Shown: positions 13,364-26,375 of the stretch, one piece after another
Position numbering within the stretch: the stretch's first letter is position 1
How the letters are laid out: each line of letters starts with the position of its first letter
Source of the DNA: Octopus vulgaris
Lineage: Eukaryota
NCBI GenBank assembly: GCA_951406725.2
Contig: OX597825.1
Span: 64,294,001 to 64,358,000 of the forward strand
Direction: 5' to 3'
DNA: 64,000 nt
Program-made: the position numbers and the translations under genes
Notes under the pieces: model-generated
The model's database searches: none
Told to the model about the DNA's origin: nothing
The model's input: only the letters and a program-made list of their open reading frames with translations

Positions 13364-15099
13364 TATAAATAGGAATTTATGGAGGTTTCGAAGCAGTCAT
13401 TTATAGTTGTACTCTTTACCTATGTATCAGACAAATATTGACATAACAGGGTTGTTAACTTTCCAGATTTTTTTTTTATTCTTGAGATTGATGTCTTTTT
13501 CCCACTCTCCATCGGTATCAAATGACTACAATCGATTGAAAGCCGAGTAAATTCCAATCAATCAAATCAATTTGCATATACACACACGCGTACACACACA
13601 TATCTACACGCTCACACACATACGAATACACACGCTCACATACACACAAGCATGTATACATATATGTCTGTCAATGCTGTTGTGTGAAATTACATGACTC
13701 AGTACCAATGTTATTACTGGATTCTTTTGGTTATACATAATTATAACGTCATAAAAGAAATCAAAGGTGTGCTATTAAGCAGCTTTACCTTAATTGCTAG
13801 ACATTAGTGACAGCAATGAAGTGTACAAACATAGTTGTTCCCTTGAATGCTGCATATACCTTGTGGATTTATTACATTTACGATTTTTCCAACAAATTAC
13901 TCGAATAGTGATATTGATGTGTACCAAATAAAACTAGCTCACTGCGTGTGCGTCTGAGGGTTTGAGTGTGTATGTGTATAAACATGAACTTGTGTGCACG
14001 CTAGTGTGTGTTTGTGTGTGTCTAACGCACGCTTGTATGTGTAAATATTATTTCTGTGTGAAGGACTGTACGTGCCTAAATGATTTTTAATATTCACATT
14101 GCTACTTTAGTGGTTTTTCTTTCGCCTTTATTTTTCTGAGTTTAGTTTCCGATTTGGTTTACTTTGACTCTCCTTTTTTAGACTCTCATTCTTTAGACAC
14201 CGAGGTTGAGCTAATATACTTACCCAGCCCCATGAAATTTTGGGGCTTGTACTAAAATTTGAAACCCGTATTCATATAGCTATTCACTGGATATATTCTA
14301 TATAGGAACAGCGAGTGACCTATATTTCTGTCTGTATGTATGTATGCACACATGTATATATGTATCTGAATACCTTATTTATATATGTATCTATATGTAC
14401 ATGCACACACACACTGATATATATATATATATATAAATACATATATTAATAAATTTATTTATATATACATACATATATTAATAAATTTATTTATATATAC
14501 ATACATATATATATACCTACATTCATATATGTGTGTATATACATCTGTATATATATATATATGTGTGTGTGTGTGTGCTAACATGTATGTATATGTGTAT
14601 ATATGCATATATATATGTGTGTGTGTTGGTGTGTGTGTCTGTGTGTCTGAGTATTTCTGTGTGAGTATGTATTGATAAAGCTGTTTATAGAAATAACTTC
14701 ACACATTCACAATATTCAAAGAAAAATATTCTAAAATTCATTAGCTATTTCAAAAAATATATCTAGAAAACAATGTATCACCAAATAGTCATTTCGTACA
14801 TTCTTCCACTTGTTTCAGTTATTAGACTGCGGCCATACTGTGGCATCACCTTGAAGAATTTTACTCGAATTTGTATAAGATTAGTACTTATTCTATCGAT
14901 TGCTTTTTACATTTCGATTACTTTTTTACATTTAGCTAATTTTGACCCACGTGATTGTATAGCGCTTTAGGGCACAGACTAAATGCTTGTTATTTGACAG
15001 CAAACAGGTGGAATCTTCTTAGCCTTCCACCGACAATAAGCACACTTGCCATTTATTGGGATAGTTGCAGCAACCTACTCTTGTTGTGCAATTCATGCG

Positions 15100-15153
<54 letters not shown>

Positions 15154-15356
15154 ATATTTCGGAATGGTCATATTGCCAGTTTAGCCAATTATATATATAT
15201 AATTTATGTGAAATAGAAAGATGAATAATCTTGTAGTAGATTAATCAAAAGTTTAACCGATACCTTGGTAGCAAAAATCACAGCAGAAGACAGCACGGTT
15301 GGAGGTACAACCATATGGTGTTGCAACCGTGCGTTGGTGCGGATAATTGAATTTTA

Positions 15357-15873
15357 ATATTATTAGTGAATTGAAGAAATAGAGCTGAACGAAGATTGAA
15401 CAGAAATCGTTTTATTTCATTCTACACGTGTTTCGAAAGGCACAATTTACCAAAATCCGATTGAATAATGAGACTATATTGTGTATTTCTCTTCAGGAAG
15501 AAATAGGAAATCCGTTGGAAAAAACAAAAACAGAACAGAGGCGGAGCAAAACAAATCGAACTAGGCTCCTAAGAGCCCATGGCCAAACTGTTTATCAGTG
15601 TATGTTGAGAACGGGTGGTGGGTGCGTTGAAGATTTTAACGGGTCAGGCAGCGGTCATTCCTGTGGCTGAGGGCACGGGGTGTGTAGACGTTCTTTGTGA
15701 CCGAGAGTAAAGTTCTGACTATTTAAAGAATATTGGATGTATTATATGGGGCGAGCAAAATCTACTTAGAGACATGTGTGTGTTTACTGTTCTATATATG
15801 TGTGCTGGCGCAAGTTGGTAAGAAGCGCTATTTTCTGGTCACTGCTGATACCTCCGTCCAGGGGTAGAAAACA
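15357..15873 (-). repeat. Left inverted arm (pairs with 17072-17584)
   Basis: Direct comparison shows a few substitutions and one small indel. The same 80-aa spurious ORF is called on both arms. Confidence 0.97.
15414..15504 (-). ncRNA. Minimal type I hammerhead ribozyme, inverted copy
   Basis: Reverse complement of 17436-17526 with the core intact. Confidence 0.85.
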
Positions 15874-16760
15874 CTAAAAACCTCGCCCAGATAATCGCCT
15901 CCCATAATAATAGGCTGCTTACTAAGACCCTATCACCTTTTTCCGGAAGCACAGCTTCTTCCGCTCCCGGTTTAATGCTCAGTAGGAATAATAATAGTAG
16001 TAATAATGATATGAGAGCCAGTAAAGTGAATCATAATCTCAGCTCCAACCAGGGATTATATACTAGGGGTATAGTTATAAATAGGGGTGTTGTAGTTGAC
16101 GGTAACAATGGCAGTAGTGAGGTGAGCGCAGCTCGGCTCGTTAGGGTAGAGAGTCCCATTAGCAACCCCAGCATCGTTTCCGGCAATAGCAGCACCACGG
16201 GCACTAGCAATGACAGTACTCTGATAGATAGTGGAGAACCAGGGGTTATTCCGTTAGTTAATAGTGACGTAGTGGAAAATAAAGTAGTAAGCGGCTGCAG
16301 TTCTCGCAACAAATATAGTGACAGTAACGCAGTTCTAATTTCAGAAACTAATCCTAGCAGAATAAGATTCACGTCGGCGAACTCCAAGATCAGAAACGCC
16401 GTCTACCAATGCAAGGTTTACACGGACTCAGATGTCTACGCTTATGTAGGGGCCTCATCGCCAAGATTGGCTTTACGAATCTCCAACCATTACGCAACTT
16501 TTCGAGACATGAATAAACGCCAGACCACGGGACTCAGCAAGCTAATATGGCGATTGAAGAATACGAACTCAAGCTACAGGCTGGAATGGTCAATTTTGTC
16601 GGTGGCCCTCCCATTTGATAGGGGCAGAAGGAAGTGCAACCTTTGTGTCTCCGAACTCTTCCATATATTGTTCGCCAGAGACCGGATGGCAAACGGACTT
16701 TTACAGTCGGCTTTTCGATGCCCCCATTGGCGGCGTTATACTTATCTTGCTTATAAATAA
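15873..16760 (+). CDS. C-terminal part of a Penelope-like polyprotein: Asn/Ser-rich linker plus GIY-YIG endonuclease (RT lost by 5' truncation)
   Basis: Motifs VYQC..YVG..RISNH..F..TGLSKLIWRLK..LEWSIL..A.PF..CNLCVSE..CPH. The frame stays open upstream of ATG 15975 (TKNLAQIIASHNNRLL, resembling the PLE N-xx-II-xx-HN-xx-L motif) up to the inversion junction. Confidence 0.85.
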   Translation, partial: TKNLAQIIASHNNRLLTKTLSPFSGSTASSAPGLMLSRNNNSSNNDMRASKVNHNLSSNQGLYTRGIVINRGVVVDGNNGSSEVSAARLVRVESPISNPSIVSGNSSTTGTSNDSTLIDSGEPGVIPLVNSDVVENKVVSGCSSRNKYSDSNAVLISETNPSRIRFTSANSKIRNAVYQCKVYTDSDVYAYVGASSPRLALRISNHYATFRDMNKRQTTGLSKLIWRLKNTNSSYRLEWSILSVALPFDRGRRKCNLCVSELFHILFARDRMANGLLQSAFRCPHWRRYTYLAYK

Positions 16761-17435
16761 CGCTTATATATAATACCTGCACCCGGTTACACTACTTATA
16801 TGAAAATAGCCCTTGGTAATAAATTCTGAAAAAGGCCTTTAAGAGAAATATGATTAACCACTGCAAGGGGAATTACTCCTGTGAGATGAATGGGGCTTTG
16901 TTTTTGACGACGGGGGGGTTTCTTTGACAAGGCATGATTAGACGAACACACGCACACATAAAACATAAAATATTTTTCTGCCGCCCGACGGTTCTTACTG
17001 CAGTGACCATTGTGTAGAGCTGTTTAACAACTGACAGCCGCGCGATCAAACGCACACACGTACACAAAAAATGTTTTCTACCACGGAGGTCTCAGCAGTG
17101 ACCAGAAAATAGCGCTTCTTACCAACTTGCGCCAGCACACATATATAGAACAGTAAACACACACATGTCTCTAAGTAGATTTTGCTCGCCCCATATAATA
17201 CATCCAATATTCTTTAAATAGTCAGAACTTTACTCTCGGTCACAAAGAACGTCTACACACCCCGTGCCCTCAGCCACAGGAATGACCGCTGCCTGACCCG
17301 TTAAAATCTTCAACGCACCCACCACCCGTTCTCAACATACACTGATAAACAGTTTGGCCATGGGCTCTTAGGAGCCTAGTTCGATTTGTTTTGCTCCGCC
17401 TCTGTTCTGTTTTTGTTTTTTCCAACGGATTTCCT

Positions 17436-17526
17436 ATTTCTTCCTGAAGAGAAATACACAATATGGTCTCATTATTCAATCGGATTTTGGTAAATTGTGC
17501 CTTTCGAAACACGTGTAGAATGAAAT
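17436..17526 (+). ncRNA. Minimal type I hammerhead ribozyme in the 3' pseudo-LTR
   Basis: atttcttc-CTGAAGA-stem II (GAAATACACAAT/ATTGTGCCTTTC)-GAAA-C-ACGT-GTA-gaatgaaat. Stem III loop is palindromic; AATAAA follows. Confidence 0.85.
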
Positions 17527-17575
17527 AAAACGATTTCTGTTCAATCTTCGTTCAGCTCCATTTTTTCAATTCACT

Positions 17576-17664
<89 letters not shown>

Positions 17665-18410
17665 TATCGCAGCAAAACCATCACTGCTGAATACCTGCCA
17701 TCTATAGACGCCTGATTACGTCTACTACCACCTGCACCATTCATTTCAGAAAACCACACCGGCAACTTTTCATCATACAATATGGAAGATGTATGTTAAT
17801 TTTCTTGATAATTTTGCAGTATTGAATATGCATTTCTTATTCGTCTTTCATACTTTATAATATGGTATACATAAATGAATACTATTTCTAGAAGACCGAC
17901 AAATCATGTAGCGTTTATGCTTTTGAAATTACTGAAATGTTCATTCTTTATTTCTGATTAAATCTCAAACTATTAGTACGGAATGTATCTTAGGTAATTA
18001 TCATCATTCATTGACATCCGCTCTAGTCTCTTCTCAACGGACGATTACCAATAATGACTCTAATACATATTACAGAAATCCTGTTAGACTGAGTTTCCTG
18101 TCACTGCTCAGAGCAATGTCATATTGTTACACTACTGTATATGAAAGATTAATACGTAGTTCAAAGTTTAAGGGAATCCTCTTCGAAGGGATATAGTTAC
18201 GTTTGAATTGAAAGAAGGCGTGTTCCATATATCTTGAAACTTCTGCAAAAACCTGCAGTTGTGAGTAGCCGAATTGTAGAAATGCACATTAACTACTAAC
18301 AAATATATTTGCGACAGTATATTCATACGTGCATGGCTGCAATCAGTCGCTTTCGGCTTCAGTCACATTCTACAGCGCCTTTATTAACTGTATAGCTACA
18401 AACCGACCAT

Positions 18411-18441
<31 letters not shown>

Positions 18442-18445
<4 letters not shown>

Positions 18446-18847
18446 AGGAGTTGCTGTGTGGTAAGTAGCTTCTCTAACAACCACATGGTTCCGGGTTCAG
18501 TCCCACTGCGTGGCACCTTGGGCAAGTGTCTTCTACTATAGCCTCGGGCCGACCAAAGCCTTGTGAGTGGATTTGGTAGACGGAAACTGAAAGAAGCCCG
18601 TCGTATATATGTATATATATATATGCGTGTGTGTGTTTGTGTGTCTGTGTTTGTCCCCTAGCATTGCTTGACAACCGATGCTGGTGTGTTTATGTCCCCG
18701 TCACCTTAGCGGTTCGGCAAACGAGACCGATAGAATAAGTACTGGGCTTACAAAAGAATAAGTCCCGGGGTCGAGTTGCTCGATTAAAGGCGGTGCTCCA
18801 GCATGGCCGCAGTCAAATGACTGAAACAAGTAAAAGAGAATAAAAGA

Positions 18848-18848
<1 letters not shown>
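18442..18848 (+). mobile_element. tRNA-derived SINE (family A) with internal TA/TG microsatellite
   Basis: gcgcaggag..ctgtgtggtaag...gggttcagtccc head, (GTAAAAGA)n-like tail; multiple copies in the window. Confidence 0.92.
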
Positions 18849-18890
<42 letters not shown>

Positions 18891-19091
18891 TACACAGAGA
18901 AAGAGAGACAGTGTGAGACAGAGGCAGACAGGCAGGAAGCAGACAGGCAGAAAAGAAGGCATGCGGACAGACAGGCAGGTAGGCAATCAGGCGGACCGAT
19001 AGATAGATAGGATAGATAAAAAGGAACTAGATTGATAGATATGTATACATATGTGCACACAAATTTATATACATAAATACACACACACACA

Positions 19092-19156
<65 letters not shown>

Positions 19157-20224
19157 GTGTATATATGAACACGTTTGTCTATATGTGTAAGTGTATGCGT
19201 GCTCTCTTTTCGTGCGTAATTTCCCAACAGATGGACACACACACACGTGTGCAAACTTGCACACACCTAATAAACGCAGAAATAACGAATGACAATCGCC
19301 CATATGTTTTAAACAATCTCACATTTATGATTTCTCATTTGCGATAGTGAAATAGTTACACATAGATCGACGGAGACACAGAGAGGAAGACATAGCCGTA
19401 GGCTGGAAAAAAAAAAAAAAATCAAATTTGATCAAGAAGTTTGAACCTATGAAATACAAGTACTATTGCTATTCGTTAGGCAAGTGTGTCACGTCTGGAG
19501 CTAAAGTTATGATGCTAAGTCGAAACAGCTAAATTTAAGCAGAGGGCTAAAAGAATGTCATTGATTTTATTACAACTTTTTTTTATCTTTCTTCAAGAAC
19601 TTAGCTTGCCAGTCGAGTAATTTCTGGCGTCAAATTATCTATCCACTTGAAACTAGACTTTCACAATTTTATTTCGCTTTTGTTATTTTTGTCCTTCGTT
19701 TCTTTCTTTCTTTCTATTTTCACAGCCAAATATAAGAAAAGAACGCTCTATTCAAACCTCTTTCTACTCTTTCCAATTTCTTTTGACGTTTATATTATTT
19801 GGTTACTTCTTGTATAATTTTTTTTTCTTTTTGCCATTTTTATTCCGTTCGCATTTCATACTTTAACATCAAGTGAGATACGTAATTTTAGTTTCGGCAG
19901 CGTTTCAGGTATCCATTTGGCACGTTAAACAATGTTAACTTTTAAGCAAACGAAATAAAATGGACTTGATTTCGCAGTTCTAAAACCTAGTTAGAGTAAA
20001 TATTCTTAAGTTAGATAACAACACCACTGTGATGTACATTAGGAGCGATGTAACCTGAGGTGATTAATTCTAGTGTACATATGTATGCTTGTGTTTGCAT
20101 ATGTATGTATATGTGTGTGTATATTTGTAGTACATATACATGTATATACAAAATCTTTAAAATCCTTAAATTCTTCGAGCTTCAAAGCTACAGTCATCTT
20201 GGCGCACCACCGTTGGCGGTGCTA

Positions 20225-20725
20225 CACTGTTATTCGAAACCTCTATGACATTTGAATGAGATAGTTTGATGCAGCTGCCCTCATCTATGTTTATTGGCGT
20301 GAGGTGGTCTCATATGGATCCTTTGACACAAGGACATCCAGTTTTGTTTTGAAGATACCTACATCCACACCATGCAGGTCTCTCAGGCATTTTGAAAGGT
20401 TATTGAAGAGTTGTGGGCCCTTAAAACCCACACTTTTGCAGAATCTGGTCCACTATTTTGATAGATATCTTTGACACCTTACACAGGTGTTCGGTCTGTG
20501 TAATTTCCAGTACCAAAGTTTGGGACAAGGCCTTGTACCAAACGTCCAGGATTTTCCAGATGTATACCATTGCATATCTTGCCCGCCTTCATTCTAGGGA
20601 GAATATTTTTAATCCTTTCAGTCTTTCGCAGTAGCTGGTACGTTGCATTGAAACGATTTTCTTTGTGTAAATCCGATGGATTGCCTCCAGTTGCACCGTT
20701 AATTTTATATTGTGTGGGGACCATA
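20225..20725 (-). mobile_element. CR1/L2-group LINE 3' fragment
   Basis: Minus strand [48 protein letters not shown] motifs with frameshifts. Confidence 0.8.
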
Positions 20726-20749
20726 TAAATACGCATGTATATATATATG

Positions 20750-20857
<108 letters not shown>

Positions 20858-21589
20858 TTATATATACGTGTGTATATACATGCATGTCAACATATGTACA
20901 TATATATACATGAATATACAACTATGTATGTATTCATAAATATATACATATGCATATGTACGTACATACATACATTCATACATACGTACATACATACATA
21001 TAAAATTTGAAATTCTCCAAGAAATTGAACTTTTCTTAGATTTTGAAAAATAATCAATTGTCTTTCCTAGCAATTCTTTAATAAAATGCTGCCATTCAGT
21101 ATTCAGTCACGCTCTCACGATATGGAGTCCGATATTTGTTTCTTGTAAGAAACAATAACATTTAATATGTACTAAAATTATATGATGAAATTTACCAGAA
21201 TATATGATAAAAACTCACGCTTAACACATAATATATTTAAACTTGAATAGACTGCTGAATTTTGAAATATTTGTAAACGAATATACATTAAAAAAATGAA
21301 CGTAAACTAACAAATTTATTAAGCAGAAGCAAATTGCTTACATTCAATGAAATCTAATATTACAAATGTTGAATATATATATATCCGAAGGGAAAGTAGC
21401 ACTTCATGCACACAATAGTTTGGTTGTACTTCAATAAATTTAATTAGTCAAAAACAAAAACAGGCTAAACTTGGGAAGTGAAATTTCATCCAGCATTAAT
21501 TGAAATTGTTGCGAAAAATTGCTATCGCGTGAATTGCCAGAATTACTTGGATGACAAATTAATTTAAGGTGTGTAATCTTTTCTACATT

Positions 21590-21802
21590 AAGCTAAAGGC
21601 CCGAATTTCTTCTTTTTTTTTTGATGCGGTGGGGTCAGTCGATTAGATCGACCCCAGAACGTAACTGATACTAAATTATCAAACCCAAGAGGATGAAAGG
21701 CAAAGTCGACCTCGTTGGAAATTGAACTCAGAACGTAAGGGCAGATGAAATAGCACTAAGCATTTCGCCCGGCGTGCTTACGTTTCTGCCAGCTCGCACC
21801 CT
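21590..21802 (-). mobile_element. SINE family D
   Basis: Reverse-complement homology to 26376-26767. Confidence 0.8.
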
Positions 21803-21982
21803 TAAGTGAAGGTATGTATTGAAGTGTTAGTGATGATGGTGATGGTAATGCATAAAAGATCCGCTACACCTGATTCGGCAGCGTTCGGCATTCTATTCTT
21901 TTTGCACATAGGTATCCACCTTAGAAGATATAAGCGCAAAAATAATTACAATTATTACAAAAACAATTACAAATAATTACGA

Positions 21983-22041
<59 letters not shown>

Positions 22042-22896
22042 CTGATTGGTTACCATTTTCAGCAGACTTGGATATGGGCTTCTTAAATCATATCCCAATA
22101 CGGGTAGATAAAGGGTAACTAGTCTCTACACAAATAATCCTCTTATGCATGGACTCGAAGCAGTAGTATTCTGGATAAATAAACATCCTCAAAGAATACA
22201 GGTAAGTGTCAAAAGAATTTATATTTAAAGGTTTACAGATAGTACAAGAAAACAGCTACTTTTTGATAATAGTTATTATCTACAAATACAAGGCACTGTT
22301 ATATGAACGAAAGTCGCATCAACATTTGCCACACAAGAAATGAGATACTTAGAAAAAATTTACTCCCTATCCAGAACAACTTTCCGCCGCCATTTCCAAA
22401 CCAAAGTTATCGGAAACTGGAAAATATTTTTAAATGAATGTTTTATATTTTGGGACAAAGAACAGCAGAGATTGTATTCACCTCAATAGACGCCATTGAT
22501 TGGTTGAAATGCCGAAATGCAAGAAAATTAATAAGAAACAGCTTACAAACTACAGAATTTTCTTAAGAAAGCCAAGAGAAAAAGATTTTTTATGTAACAC
22601 ATTCTACCAGTATACGAAGTTTAAAAGTGTTTTGTTACAAAGAAATAGTTTTAAAAATCTGCCGGTCAAAGTGAAAAGATCCACTAATTCTGTTTACGAT
22701 TTTGTAACAGATATTTCGGCTGGATTATATAGTTATCGGTTTTACATTGTTTTCTATATTCTGTAACTGTCACAATATAGAAACATTTCTCATGGCACCA
22801 GCACACATTTTACAGATGCTTACACATTTTATGTTTTCCGTGAATTTTTCAGGGGTCCAGCTAGCATATATAATTTCCTATATATATATATATATA

Positions 22897-23114
22897 CCGG
22901 AGTAAACACATAAATGTGAAACAAGGTGGAAAAAAGAGTACTCAAATACCAGTGGTAGAGTAATATGCTTTATTTTAAGCAGCAGAAAATTCAACAAAAT
23001 CTGTTACTCTGAGTTTCTCGTTGCCGTTCATCAGACAGCAAAAACTGTCTGATGAACGGCAACGAGAAACTCAGAGTAACAGATTTTGTTGAATTTTCTG
23101 CTGCTTAAAATAAA

Positions 23115-23115
<1 letters not shown>
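22897..23115. mobile_element. Fold-back PLE pseudo-LTR fragment between (TA)n tracts
   Basis: Perfect 71-bp arms 22968-23038 / 23045-23115 with a 6-nt loop, extra 70-bp extension on the left, hammerhead core in both arms. Confidence 0.85.
23045..23082 (+). ncRNA. 38-nt minimal hammerhead ribozyme (inverted copy at 23001-23038)
   Basis: ctgt-CTGATGA-aCGgcaaCGa-GAAA-CTcagAGTA-acag. Stem I ctgt/acag; the first stem II position is an A-A mismatch. Confidence 0.75.
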
Positions 23116-23155
<40 letters not shown>

Positions 23156-23589
23156 AATACATGCATACATTAATATATACATAGATTTGTGCGTGTGCGC
23201 GTGCGTATGTATATATACAACACATACTCTCGCACACGCACACAAACACACACGCATACGCACACATGCACACACCCAAACACATACATACACATATACA
23301 CACCCACAGACACACACGCACTCACACACACACACTTAGGTATAAGTTTTCTTGTCAATGCTTTGATGACAGAAATATAATTAGAGTGACGATTTCAGTA
23401 AAAGCCACATAATTTCGTAGTAAGATTAAATATGATGCATATATGAATAACTGAAGACGATCTGATTTAGTGTCATAGTACAGAGCACGACTTGCTACAA
23501 ACTTTGATCATTTCACATTAGACTGTCGAAAAGTAACCGAAAATGTGAGTCTGTAGGCACTACACAGGAGAATATGACTGGTTCAAGAG

Positions 23590-24790
23590 AACTTACCCTC
23601 GTAGCTCCTGGACACCACTTTTTATGGACTTAGAGAGCTGGGGGCGTGTGTTGTGATGTTGAAGAAATATACTATGTCTTTTGTCGTTCCGTTACATCGT
23701 GAGTGCTTGTCCAGCCGTTGGATTTGCTGAACCTATTGCTCCTCATCAGTTGTGAGATTGTTTTGAAGAAGTTCGTAATGGATTAGTATTTCTCAATCCC
23801 ATGAAACGTTGATCTTTCTCATACCTGGATTCAACTATGGCCTGACTCGCGAATTTGCTTGCTCGTTGGGATCCAGTCATTCTTGCATCTGTTTATCACT
23901 GACGTAAAGACAACATACACTTGCGTCAAATTTCTACATTAAATAGGTTAAATCAATTAACCTATGAGCTGTTCAAAACGTCTTACGCGATGAGAAAACT
24001 TAGTATGGTGTGATTTCGGTCCTTGCGAGGCGCTACCTATTTCTATTAAACAAAGGAAGATTTGTCTGCATCCGCACTCCAAGTTGTTGTTGCACTGCTA
24101 TGTCAACATCATAAGGCTGTAGACTCTCAAACTGCTCTGCAAACAAAGTTACGTCATCGTTCTGCGCAACAGTGAACTCGCAACAAAGCAATAGTTCGAG
24201 ATATGGCAACTAGGTGACAGCACATACCTTGAGTGAAGAGCAAATCAAGGGTGCTAATTAATTTCTGACGGTAGTGTATTTCATCATCAGTAAACTTACT
24301 GTAAAGTAATTTGTGTTTGTCTTCACGCGTACCCTAGTATCGAAGAAGTAAACTGGCAGCGGTAGAGAAGCACTAGAATGAATTTTCTCTCGTTTGGAGC
24401 GTATGGCAAACAAGCACCAAGATTTTTGACTGTACCCATCGAATGAAGGTGACGGGTATAATGAGAGCATCCCATCTACTGGGACAATCTCCGAGTTAAT
24501 TATTACAGATATACTTGAATACAACTCTTTCATTTGATTCCCATTGAATTGGAAAGATAGACCAGAATTCTAAGAATTTGTTAGATCGGTCTTTACATAC
24601 TTCGAGCTTCAAATCTATTTAATTCTATGCAGTTATTATAGTATCCGCACCTTCGTCGTGTGCAACACAAATGTCTCGACCGGCTTCGGCAGCTTTGAAG
24701 CATTGATCGAAAGTGACGAGTAACAGGTATCGAACATCTTCATGTTTTTCTTCTTCTCCACTCTACATGATCACATGTCTGATGAGCTAA
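23590..24790 (-). mobile_element. Highly decayed mariner remnant
   Basis: Minus strand EEKHEDVRYLLLVTFDQCFKAAEAGRDIC (N-terminus, ~24660-24760), IHYELLQNN..QQIQRL and FLQHHNTRP (~23640-23790). Confidence 0.7.
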
Positions 24791-24966
24791 AATTTATTCC
24801 AATTTGAAGAACGTTATACAGATTTTGTAGTGGTAGAAGAGAGCTACAAAACGCCTTCAACATTGAGATAAAAATACCTTCCGTATTAATTCAAATAACA
24901 TTCGATAGAAGTGATCAAATGATTCTCAAAACTCTCTCACTAACTCTCTCTCTATCTATCTATCTA

Positions 24967-25062
<96 letters not shown>

Positions 25063-25065
25063 TAT

Positions 25066-25108
<43 letters not shown>

Positions 25109-26229
25109 TACATACAGTCATGCACACAAACACACAGGCGCACACATATGTATACACACACACACATATATATATAGATATTTATATGCATATACATATA
25201 CTTGCGAACATATTTATGTGTGTATATTTATGGTCACCAAAGAAAAACCTATTGCACTTTTTTGAACGAGAATCACATACATTTGAGTTTATGCGTTATT
25301 GTAGTGTTCGTTTTTGTAGTTATTTATTCATTGTATTACTATTCAGTGACATTCGGCAGACTATATTTTGTTTGCATATAAAATTCTTGTTTATTCTGAA
25401 CAGAGTGTCGGATTAACACTACATAGTAACTTACATAGAAATGCAGCTCATACCCAACATCTTATCCGAATTTTCTGAAGAAATTGCAGCGAATTAAACT
25501 TTCAAATATTTCGTTGAACAGCAATGAAAACCGAAGGCGAAAATAACTGTTAAAAGCCACATAATTTCGCAGTAAGATTAAATGTGCTGCATATATGAAT
25601 AACTGAAGACGATCTGATTTAGTGTCATAGTACAGAGCACGACTTGCTACATCCTTTGATCATTTCACATGAAACATTAGCAAGGGTGTTATTAAAGCTG
25701 TAAATTTAAACGAAGTCAATGACGACTGAATTAACAATATCCTTACAGTTAATCAATAAGTTCTAACTTAAACTCATCTCGTATCGTGTTTTAGAAATTA
25801 TCACAGTCTTTAATTAGTCGAAAACTGTTGCAATATGACGTAAATAGTTAAAGGTAGAAACTTGATGTTTTGTGTTGCGGAAAATATTATTCACGATATT
25901 CAATTATATAAGATTGACAAATTTAATTCCTAGCGATGAGAGAATAAAATAAGTGACATGAAGTGGAAATTCTATTTCCAGTATAAAGTCTAGTTGATAT
26001 CTGTCTAGTTTTATGACATATCTATGTATTTCCGCAAGGTTAAACCTAGTGTGAGCTGTGTCAATGTTGTGTGGCCATGTTAATAACGATGGACGCAGAC
26101 ACCGTATTGTACGGATGTACAAGAGAGATATAATTTGCATCTCATAACAATTAAGACGGTTTTGGTGTATACTGGAATACATTTGCACATATAAACATAG
26201 GCATGCATGTGTCGATGTATAGTGTGAGT

Positions 26230-26347
<118 letters not shown>

Positions 26348-26375
26348 CATACATATATATATATGTATATAAAAG

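Larger units (their letters stand above)
15201..17584 (+). mobile_element. Young 5'-truncated Penelope-like retroelement with inverted pseudo-LTR arms, inserted in (TA)n
   Basis: ~515-bp near-perfect inverted arms (15357-15873 vs 17072-17584). GIY-YIG ORF lies between them, there is a hammerhead core in each arm, and (TA)n tracts flank both sides. Confidence 0.9.

Noticed and set aside
15428-15670. Identical 80-aa ORFs at 15428 (+) and 17270-17512 (-)
   Set aside because: A consequence of the inverted repeat; antisense to the pseudo-LTR and hammerhead, with no protein motif.
15975-16760. A natural RT-less, stand-alone GIY-YIG gene starting at ATG 15975
   Set aside because: The frame continues upstream with a PLE-type motif (NLAQIIASHNNRLL) right to the inversion junction, so it is a truncated polyprotein.
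15357-17584. TIR DNA transposon interpretation
   Set aside because: No DDE transposase. GIY-YIG, hammerheads and a one-sided extension indicate a PLE.
22040-22207. Exon ending at CAG|GTAAGT (~22201)
   Set aside because: Directly abuts (TA)n like the other repeat ends; no convincing reading frame.
24258-24533. 91-aa minus ORF with a GTAAGT donor
   Set aside because: Lies inside a decayed mariner interval; no recognisable domain or acceptor.
24779-24790. CTGATGAG as a hammerhead
   Set aside because: No stem II or GAAA partner downstream.
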